Of a stretch of 64,000 nucleotides of DNA, positions 27,801-36,281 are shown piece by piece; position 1 is the stretch's first letter; each line of letters starts with the position of its first letter. The stretch is taken from NCBI GenBank assembly GCA_964016885.1, contig OZ024741.1, forward strand, positions 80,662,001 to 80,726,000. The letters run 5' to 3'. This DNA is from Eledone cirrhosa. Taxonomy: Eukaryota. The position numbers and the translations under genes were made by a program. Under the pieces are notes generated by a model. That model was not told the origin of the DNA, made no database searches, and saw only the letters and a program-made list of their open reading frames with translations.

Positions 27801-28227
27801 AAGGTTGAAAGGGCTGAGGTCAGACACCTTTCTCTCCGGCCAACAACTGATTCTTTTTTTCAAATACCACTTTGGAAGAAGAATCAGGATGGAGAGAGAG
27901 GTGCTGTACCGCAGCAAGTTTTATGAAAGGTGGGTGAAAGTGGCGAGAATGGCCCGAGTGAATGGGCCTTCTCTCTATATCAGCCTGTAGGTTGAGGAAA
28001 AGGAGGAGGAGAGGAAAGGAGTACAAGCTCTTCGTACTCCTGGAGATGAGGGTTGCACATTTTTTCGGGGGTATGTGTTACCCATATAAACTGTCTCCCT
28101 CTATTGGGGAAAATCGACTAACTTTTAAATTCCATCTGTGATAACATTTTACACGTTTTTATTGTATGTAAACTTCCCCCTTTGTATTTGTCCCCTTCTT
28201 TTGTGCCCCTGTGGCTAATAAAGAAAT
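24870..28227 (+). mobile_element. Young 5'-truncated Tx1/L1-clade non-LTR retrotransposon
   Basis: GC- and CpG-rich block in an AT-rich background. It begins inside the endonuclease domain (RLVAAYAP), has a ~240-bp 3' UTR with a T-rich tract and AATAAA, and is flanked by TATC/TA microsatellite on both sides. Confidence 0.93.
24877..27990 (+). CDS. Tx1/L1-type ORF2: partial APE endonuclease, reverse transcriptase and C-terminal CCHC zinc finger
   Basis: 1037-aa open frame. EN motifs GDWN, SYLDR, SDH, WKLN. RT motifs KSPGLDGLPYEFY, FRPITLLN, LDQSKAFDRVDH, RQGCPLS and YADD (26608-26619). Zinc finger CPRC-x8-H-x4-C. The N-terminus is truncated, so the GTG is not a true start. Confidence 0.95.
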   Translation: MAAYAPSGTPRPDFFKRLETFLGTSRSLLLVGDWNGILDARWDYVGACPDKGGCNSLKQLIDRFDLADRYRLDFPTAPLWTWSNRSGTSRSYLDRVPVRNKDRDMLSCPQMFMVAYSDHKLVTCMANLDRTHRQGPGYWKLNLSLPTSKAYSRRISTLVKQHLTGAIVNNRWWYSLKRAVRLDSIVFSKELALDRNRTEKELVDKVEEAIRSGNVASVLATRTALDQFFDAKHEGCVVRSKIRALGNEGAKAVSWARVTEAKSGNKSTIRSLKDQNGRVIREPKQMCAAFQRHFARLFGGSGAPGEAMDFGPYLDGLPRLSDSEAKFCEKPISATEIGDALSQCGKRKSPGLDGLPYEFYVAMPDLFSGLLEAVYCNWQQNGRIPNSVTGGVVTLIRKDENKGDDIGNFRPITLLNTELQILAKVLAKRLALVVENLVGEAQTCAIPTRSIHDNLHLMRYIIERVGCKPGFGGALINLDQSKAFDRVDHRYLDAVLEAAGFGPVFRGWIAAMHNSNICSRVKVNGYLSEPFHITRSIRQGCPLSSLLYVLTLEPLLRKLELLQGIPLEPGLRKAASAYADDVTVMVSSASQIEKVGTLLKEYESLTGAKLNRDKSIGLQLGSWRGRPMPSDDVVGRWTEGPVKLLGVWFGPDLQVEKNWNEVTAKVFALTQKWAECKLSLKGRAEVANTFIASAIYYRLTVVPCPAKTLAKMERALFRFLWKRRAPLVRRSICCQHPSNGGLGMPWLTMRKHALRLRHLYVFLTGQPVWAPFVRRAFPRLVSLTELQSWVKQRPRKMGDWHIECAQALTALWQADPAISGDSTSSFYRGLVRSKCDDALGETLGVEEDELASLFGRTFRPGPMDNFQKSLAWQCYRGALPVRDKLYRHGRPGRDPAKKICPRCVRDEETVAHAFIHCPGVTDLWGYVERLLSRVGPIQLTTESIVMIKPPPSFKNEGEAVFLCVIAMAKEVVWWTRLKGLRSDTFLSGQQLILFFKYHFGRRIRMEREVLYRSKFYERWVKVARMARVNGPSLYISL

Positions 28228-28239
28228 ATATCTATATAT

Positions 28240-28283
<44 letters not shown>

Positions 28284-28367
28284 AAGTTATATTTAAAATT
28301 GTTGGGTTACAACTAGTAAATATTTATAACTGATATAAAAGCACTCGACAAATATTTGGAGTATATT

Positions 28368-28681
28368 TACAATATTAAATAAATGGAAAACTATATTTAT
28401 AAAACCATATTTATTTCATTATATATATTTCGGGGATATCATATTAACAATATGTTATGCCTTCATCAGACAAAATACAATATATAGCAGACTGCTAGAG
28501 TAAACCTCTTCAAATGAAGTTGATGTTTATTACGGTATGTCGAATATATTTATCTATAAAACTGTTTATATTGTATTTTGTCTGATGAAGGCATAACATA
28601 TTGTTAATATGATATCCCCGAAATATATATAATGAAATAAATATGGTTTTATAAATATAGTTTTCCATTTATTTAATATTG

Positions 28682-28683
<2 letters not shown>
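28368..28683. repeat. Perfect 117-bp inverted repeat with an 82-bp spacer, in a (TA)n-flanked module resembling a Penelope inverted pLTR
   Basis: 28368-28484 is the reverse complement of 28567-28683 (no mismatch seen by eye). Confidence 0.92.
28574..28639 (+). ncRNA. Type I hammerhead ribozyme-like motif (mirror copy on the - strand at 28412-28477)
   Basis: Stem I TATTTTGT/ATGAAATA (2 G-U pairs); CTGATGA at 28582-28588; imperfect stem II hairpin; GAAA at 28620-28623; palindromic stem III ATATATAT; predicted AUA cleavage after 28631. Confidence 0.6.
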
Positions 28684-28714
<31 letters not shown>

Positions 28715-28813
28715 TTACATATATATATATATATATATAACGAAGGCGGTGTAAGGAACCAGATGAACCATAACGCACCAGAGTACTCAATACTTAGGGT
28801 AGTAGAGTGGGTA

Positions 28814-28932
28814 ATAGGAAAATGTTTAACCCCGACGGCAGAGCGCAAGCCGTTTTGATGGCTATTTCTGGACTCCAGAAATAGCTATCGGAACAGCTTG
28901 AGCTCTGCCGTCGGGGTTAAACATTTTCCTAT
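28814..28932 (+). repeat. 58-bp-stem hairpin with a 3-nt loop
   Basis: ATAGGAAAATG...TTTCTGG ACT CCAGAAA...CATTTTCCTAT. There are 5 non-Watson-Crick positions, 3 of which are G-U on the + strand. Confidence 0.9.
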
Positions 28933-29019
28933 ATATATATACACACACACACACACACATACAATGTAAATATATTGATATATAAAAATATTAACTCACT
29001 GACCATATATATATATATC

Positions 29020-29585
29020 ATTATTTTTATGTTCATTTTTTCCATGTTTGCATGGGATGAATGGTTTCTCTTCAGCACAGCATCTCTCCACTCACTACAT
29101 TCTTTCATCATCACTTCTGTGAGTCTCAGTGAATTGAGATCAACTCTCACTACATCTGCACAGGTCTTCCTTGATCTTTCTCTACTGCAGCTTCCTTTCA
29201 CTGGGATTTCTTGGCACTTCTTCACCCAGTGGTCATTGTCCATGCACATCACATGTCTATACTAATGCAGTCTGCTCTCCTGCACACCACCTCAGATTCC
29301 TCTTAAACCCAGCTTCTCCCTCAGCTCGTCCAAGCTCTTCCTTTCTCTCTCACTTATATTGTACATCCAATGAAGCATGGTTGCTTCACTGCTGTCCAGT
29401 CTATGCATGTCCTCTGCAGTCACAGCCCCTATGTTTCACTACCAGGCAGTAGCGCATTTCACACACAGGCATCATACAGCTGTCCATTTGTATGTAGGGA
29501 GAAACCTTTTGTTGTCAATAATGGAAGTAGTTCTCTAAACTTCTTCCATTCTATCTTTATTCTGACTATTATACTTTTGGCATCC
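29020..29585 (-). mobile_element. Decayed RTE-type LINE 3' fragment
   Basis: MDNDHWVKKCQEIPVKGSCSRERSRKT...EWRDAV resembles an RTE C-terminus and is followed by a (GAT)-like tail. Confidence 0.75.
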
Positions 29586-29856
29586 CTCAGCTGTTCCTTG
29601 CCCTCCTGGATTCTCTTGTGGCTGCAGAAAACAGCCTCTCAGCTTATGAAAGTTAGTCTGTAAGCAGTTTTCATCATTTCATAGGTTTCTGCAGTGTTTT
29701 TGCCAAGCTTGATACAAAATTTTATTGCATATCAAACCTCTAAGTTGTCCTTATGTCCTGACTGCATTGTGGAACCAGTAAGCTGTGATAAAATGTTTAT
29801 GATAGGTTTAAAGTTATGTAGCGATTCGACCCTTCAACCGGGGGCGGGGGAGGGGG

Positions 29857-29900
<44 letters not shown>

Positions 29901-32900
29901 CATGTTAACTTATTATAGCCATGTCAAGGATGTATTAGAGGAATAGTTATGTAAGTCATGCAAAAGTGCCTGAAAAGAAAAAGTCTCAAAACATCTTGAG
30001 TGTACCTCATGCGCACACATTTATACACACACACACATACATATTACAAAAGAAAGTAAATACTCAGATGAATAATGAGTTATGCCAATAATATTTTGAA
30101 CTCGATGTAAATCCATAATCAGCAAAATAAGAGGAATCATTTTATCAGTGGTATGATCCATAACATTTAGTTAAGAATCAGTCCTTATGTAAGTAAAACT
30201 GACAAGCTATATGAATGTGGTGGTGTAGAGCACATTTAATTATGCAACAAATAGCAAATATGAAATTGAATAATTTTTGTCATGACACATGCTTCATGAC
30301 ATGTTTATAATGGCATTGCTTCCCAAAATGATAGTATCTCTTTCATGTGAGCACTTACTATTTACCTGTGCAGCCACCACATACATAGCCTACATTCTTT
30401 ATTAGCCTGTATGTATATATATGTATGAGTATATCAAACTCATAATGATAGTGTCTCTTTCATGTGAGTAATTGCTGCTTCCCTGTGCAGCCACAGTCTT
30501 TATTAGCCTATATTCTTTGTTAGTCTGTATGTATATATATATATCTGGAAGTCTATCCATCCATCCATAGATTGATATGCAATAAAATTTTGTATCAAAT
30601 AGATATTAAATTGTGGTGATATGACAACCTCTCCTGTGCACTCGATAGAACATGAGACATATGTGAGACACAGGTCCCTGGTCTGCCTGGGAGATCAGTA
30701 GCCAAATTTCAGTACTGACTTGGTCTATGTAGACTCGTCCAACCCTTGCTAGCAAGGAAAAGGGGTTGTTAAAACGACGTTGATGATGCTATATATATTG
30801 AAGATGTCTTATAATTTTCTGAAATAACATTATTTCCTGTTCATAATTTTAATGACAATTTCTTTTCTTTTTTGATTTTAGAAGTTAAATGTTTTTGGTA
30901 GATTTCATAAAGAAAACAATTAAGAAATCACTTTCAAATAACTATTATACAAGTGTACAAATCTTTTTTAGATTTTCAGGAAATTTACTATTTTTTTTAT
31001 TTTACAATATTACATTTATTTATATAATCAAATAAATTCACAGAAAAATAATTGTCATTGCACTAACAATTGCTTCCAATGTACATTCTAATTTGTTAAC
31101 TTCATTTTGTTTGTTAGTGCTGTTATTATTTTTATTATTATTTTAGTGGTATTGTTGGTGCCACAATAAAATGAACTCAATACACTCTATAAGTGGTAGT
31201 GCTAGTGCTACGATAAAATGCATCCAGTGTAGTCTGTAAGTGATGGTGCTAATGCCACAATAAAATGCACCTAATTCACTCTGTAAAATAGGAGTGCTGG
31301 TATCATGATAAAATGTCTCAGTATATTCTGTAAAGCAGTTAGGATTAGGAAGGGCATCTAACTTTTGAAACCATGTCAAAATCAAACATATGAGCAATTC
31401 ATAGTCCTCAGGCCCCTTCAAATCACAGACTGTGACAATCCATCATAGTAAATAAATATAAAACAGTGTTGATGATAATGATGATAATAAGGGAGGTGGT
31501 TGGTTTGGTATTGAGTAAAGTCTCTGTGAGTTCAAATCCATTTGTGATGAATTTTGTCTTTCCTCTTTTTAAGGTTAATAAAACAATTGCCAGTAACATC
31601 TTCCATACAAATGTTTGGCCTTGTGCCAATATAAGAAATTATTATAATTGTTGCTGTTATCATTATTGTAGGGGTGGATAAGGGTGGCAGATTAGCAGTA
31701 TTGTGGTATTTAATTATGCTTTTCTATGTTCTTAGTTAAAAAATTGCTGAGATCAGCTTTGCCTTTCATTTTCCCAAGGTTGATAAAATAAAGCACATTT
31801 AGGAACAAAGCTAAAAATTTGGGGTGGTGAGGAGGATTATAGTATTGACCCTAGTATTTTACTAGTCACTTTAATCGATTTTCTCCTCCCCACCCCAAAT
31901 GTTTGGCTTTGTTCCTAAATAAGAAACCATTATTATAGGTATGGCTAAAACATGTACTCTGTAAATGCTAGTATGTGGTTTATTAGCCACACCCCTTCTG
32001 TCAAAGCCTGTTGAGCCTGGTGCAAGGAACCCTTATTATTTACTCTAATATATGTAGCAGTTTCAGGTTTCACCCTTCTGTTCTGGATTCAAATCTTACT
32101 GATAAAATAAGTACCTGTCGTCTAAACTCTTCTCCAACAAATTTGTGGCTTTGTGGCTTCATGCCAACCACTATTAGAAAACATTTATTATTAACTATTG
32201 CCTTTATTGTTCCTGTTTGTCTATGTAATCTATATTTAACTTGTGAGTTCTATCAAGCCAAACATCAATTGATGTGCTGTGCTACTGCATGTGACAATAA
32301 AGAAATTTTCTCCTATTCTTTTCTATTTATTACAAACATAAACTGCTAGTATGTGTATTATGCTATACTTAAATTTAAAGTACTTCAGTATGGAAGAATA
32401 TACTAGAAATATGAATGCATTTTCAGATTCAAATAGCATTTCTTAAACAGAAGCCATTACAATCAAATTTATATGACAGAATTTCAAGAGTATTATTGTC
32501 AGAGGGCATATGAATGACAAGAAAAGGAAATAAAAGTGTTGGATTCAAAATTTATTGTCTAAGTATTAATTTGTTCTTTAATATTTTTATATCTGACAAA
32601 TTTTTGTAATTTTTCTTCATTTTTATAATAAATAATCAACAAAAGGTGCCTAACAATGTTTTGCATCAATTTGGTGAATATTTAGACATTCAGGAGTAGT
32701 TTAGTAAACTAGTATTACAGTAGTGACAGAAGAGGCAGAGAGAGAGAGGAGGAGGGTGCAGTATGTCATTGAATTAGAGGTTGAAGTGTGTTGATGAGTG
32801 AGCCTTTGCCAATTAGTCAGAAGTCTTTCTTTTGGATGCAGCCTACTGTAACCCAAACCATTGATCCATAAGACATCTACAGGTAATTCCAGTATTGTTG

Positions 32901-33292
32901 TTTGCATGGCAGTGAATTGGTAGAGTTGTCAGTGTTGCTATTTGTTCTGGCAATCTCTTCTTCGAAGTCAAATCCCATTGAGGTCAACTTTACTTTTCAT
33001 CATTTGGGGTTGATAAATAAAGTACCACTCTATGGGCATTGTGATGGCAGAATTATTAAAGAGTTGGACAGGCTGCTTTAGATATCTAATCCAGCTCTGT
33101 GCATTTTGAGTTAAAATCCCACCTCTTGCCAAGAGTTGTGACTGGCAGATAGTATCAGTAATGGATATATAGTTTCCTTGGTTTGATCTGATGATCACCT
33201 CCTTTCCTTTTTGATGTTAAATATGGCTAAAATATTGCAAAATAATAGATTACAATGAAAAATCTTCTAATAAAATGGCTTACAATCTAGAA

Positions 33293-33899
33293 CACTGTTT
33301 CTCAAATTTATTTTGTTATGGAACTTTTATATGACTTTCTAAATATTGCCTTATGTCTTTCCAAAAATTACAAAAAGGCCATATGTATCCTGGTTTTTAG
33401 AATATACTGCATCCATGCATGTTGTAAAAGGTGACTAAAATAGATAGGGTGAGAAAAGGCCTTTGGCTGTAAAACATTGTCTCAAACCAGCCTGCCCAAT
33501 CCATGCCAGAAGGGAAAACTGGATATAAAATGATGATGTAGATGATGCAGAATCCATATTTATATTTTACAATCTCCACAGTCCTCATTTTAATAAAACA
33601 TTAACTCTTTTATTAACACATTTATACTGAAAGATATTGCCTATAATTTTCAAATCCTTTTGAAAATAATCAAGTAGTTGGAAGGATTTAGTAAAATAAC
33701 TTTTTCATTAAGCTGGTGCTTGGAACAAAGCTTAACAGAGGTTCTTACATAAAATTATGAAAAGTTTTTTTTTTTTATATTAAAATAAACAGTTTATCTT
33801 AGTTACTTTGGTATTAAAAAGGTCAAATGAAACAAAAATTGTTTAGAGATAATTTATTCATTAAAAAAATTATTTTTTATTTTATTTTATTTCATTTTA

Positions 33900-33943
<44 letters not shown>

Positions 33944-34987
33944 TTTTTTTTTTTTTTTATTAAACTCTATTTAAAAAAAATGACTATCTTGTGGAACCTC
34001 AACATTTTTGTGGATGATAGATAAATTGTGTCACATTGACATGCACCTGGTGCTCTTCTCCCTGAGGAACTGCTTCACCCTCCACAAATTGCTCTACATA
34101 CTGGGTGTCTTGTCACTCTTGTATAGATCCTCTCATCGAATTCAATGTCACCATCTATGCAGTATTAGCTTTGACAGTGCTGGCTGGCAACAGGAAAAAA
34201 TCCCTGGGAAATTTGGTGACCTCGGCCTCTGATTCACTTCAGACCTGGCACTACCAGCCTATCTCTCCTCAGTCTCCTCTCACCATGCCCTCATCAGTGA
34301 GGTACTCCACAGGATGGCAGAACCTGACATGTCCTGGGAACTAGAGTCAGTTCTGGCAAATTGGATCAACAAAGGCCTTGTCACCCTCCAATATACAGAT
34401 GTCCAACATAACTGGGACATCAAGTGCAGGTCTTCCTTCAGGCAGATTGAGTCTTCCTTAGACCAATATGGTCTCACCTGTCTCTGCTCCGCCATGCAAC
34501 CAAACAGCGACACGTGGCTCAATTTTGTGCTTTCCTCATCAACCAGTACTCTTCTTGATGATGAGTGAACTCATTGGATAACTCGATGTAGGGCTGTTGT
34601 TGACAAGTTTGACTTGCAACCACTATCATGCCAACTTAGCAGTGACCGGTCCCCCCGGCATGCCCCTCTGAATAATATTATCAAGAGGAGCCACAACACA
34701 ACCAGCTTCCCGACACAACTGGAGCCAGCCGGCCTCAACCGTTATGATGGTAAGCACCCTGCCAGAATGACCCTCTTCCCATTTTAGGGAAGTAAATCCC
34801 TAATTTGGGACGTGACATGTGACGTTCTGTGCCTCCAACCATGTCACTTCAGCTACAAACCAGGACACTGCCACCTGCAATGCTTAATTCTCTTTTTTCT
34901 CTTTCTTTTTTGCCCTTTTTTTGTTTCATTTAAATATTAGTATTTTTTATTTAACATGTTTCTTGGAACCCACTTTGGGAAACACTA
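33293..34987. mobile_element. hAT (Charlie/MER5-like) MITE carrying nested insertions
   Basis: Degenerate TIRs CACTGTTTCTCAAA ... TTTGGGAAACACTA and an 8-bp TSD ATCTAGAA (33285-33292, 34988-34995) that fits the NTCTAGAN target preference. Confidence 0.7.
34010..34885 (+). pseudogene. Decayed CRE-clade non-LTR retrotransposon fragment (RT end, zinc knuckle, restriction-like endonuclease)
   Basis: Translations LRNCFTLHKLLYIL; QPNSDTWLNFVLSSSTSTLLDDE; CRAVVDKFDLQPLSC...RHAPLNNIIKR...LEPAGLNRYDGKHPARMTLFPF*GSKSLIWDVTC match the CRE RH..N...LEP.GL...DGKRPDG.T..PW....L.WDVT pattern. Confidence 0.8.
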
Positions 34988-35782
34988 ATCTAGAATATCA
35001 TAAGTTAACAGTCAGAAGTCATGACTAAATGTATATCAGCTAGAGAAATAAAGTATGGCAACAATTAAAAATATTTTAATTTACTAAACTAAGAAAAACA
35101 AAATATTAGCAACAAATAGTTCTATTTGCACTATTTTTGTTAATAAAAAAAATTCTATTTGTACCAAATATTTCTATATAGAGTTCAATAAACTTTAAGA
35201 ATGTCTTCAGGCATCAGTTTATTTAATGTTACACATATGTAGCTTAATCTTATTATCATTAGCATTTTAATCAATCTTCTTGCAGTATTTGCTCACTGTT
35301 CCAATCTTCTGATTCTCTAAACTATCTTTTACTCTTATACTAGTTTCAGATATATTAGATTACGACTGCGTCGTGGCACCACCTTGAAAGGATTTAGTTG
35401 ATCATATTGACCCTAGTACTTATTTTTTTCAAGTGCAGTACTTACATTATCAATCTTCTTTTGTTGAACCTCTAAATTATGGGACGTAAACATATGCAAA
35501 CTACTTCTGCCCCCATACACATGATGGGTTCTGCACAGTTTTCATCTACTAAATTTCACTCATAAGGCATGGTCAACCCAAGGTTATAGTAGAAGACACT
35601 TGACTAAGGTGCCACATAGTGGGACTGAATTCAAAACCACATGGTTTCAAAGTGAACTCTTTAAACTTTTGATTTTAAATCCTTTCAAAAAGCTGAAACA
35701 TATATCATTTTGGTGCTGATTTTCTTTTTTTAATTAAAAACAACAGAAGAAGCGAGGCAGGTGTAAAAAGCCAAACATGCTA

Positions 35783-36215
35783 TCTTCAATTTGGTATTTG
35801 TGTCAACCCTTACCTATGGTCATGAATCGCGGGTATTGCAGCAAATACACGTGGCTGAAATGGGGTTCCTCTGAAGGGTATTTTGAGTAATGTTACTCAA
35901 TAGAGTGTGTAACTCAGAGATCAGAGAGTCGCTCCAAGTAGAGCTACTATTTTCCCAAATTGTGAAATCACAGCTCTGATATTACAGGCATGTTGTCAGA
36001 ATGTCTCAGGAAAGAATTGCTGGACAGATCTTACAAGCAAAACCAACAGGCAGGAGACCCAGGTGTAAGCTTCGAGCAAGATGGTTGGATAATGTTTATG
36101 AATTTGGCTGGTCTCATTTGGGAATCCAGCCAGATCAGTTGGAGACAGTTGCTTCTGACAGGACCTGCTAGAAAGCATTTCCTACAATCCTCCCAGGAAT
36201 AAGTGAGCAAAGAAG
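35783..36215 (+). mobile_element. Decayed RTE-clade LINE 3' fragment
   Basis: Homologous to 292-750 (TTTGTGTCAACCCTTACCTATGGTCATG...GAAATGGGGTTCCTC). Confidence 0.75.
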
Positions 36216-36281
36216 ATGATAATGAAAAACAAAAAAGTAAATGCTTGATTTCACAGATTTAAAAAAAAATTTCTTAGACTA

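Noticed and set aside
25005-28026. Many antisense and alternate-frame ORFs within the LINE
   Set aside because: These are expected in GC-rich coding DNA and carry no independent motifs.
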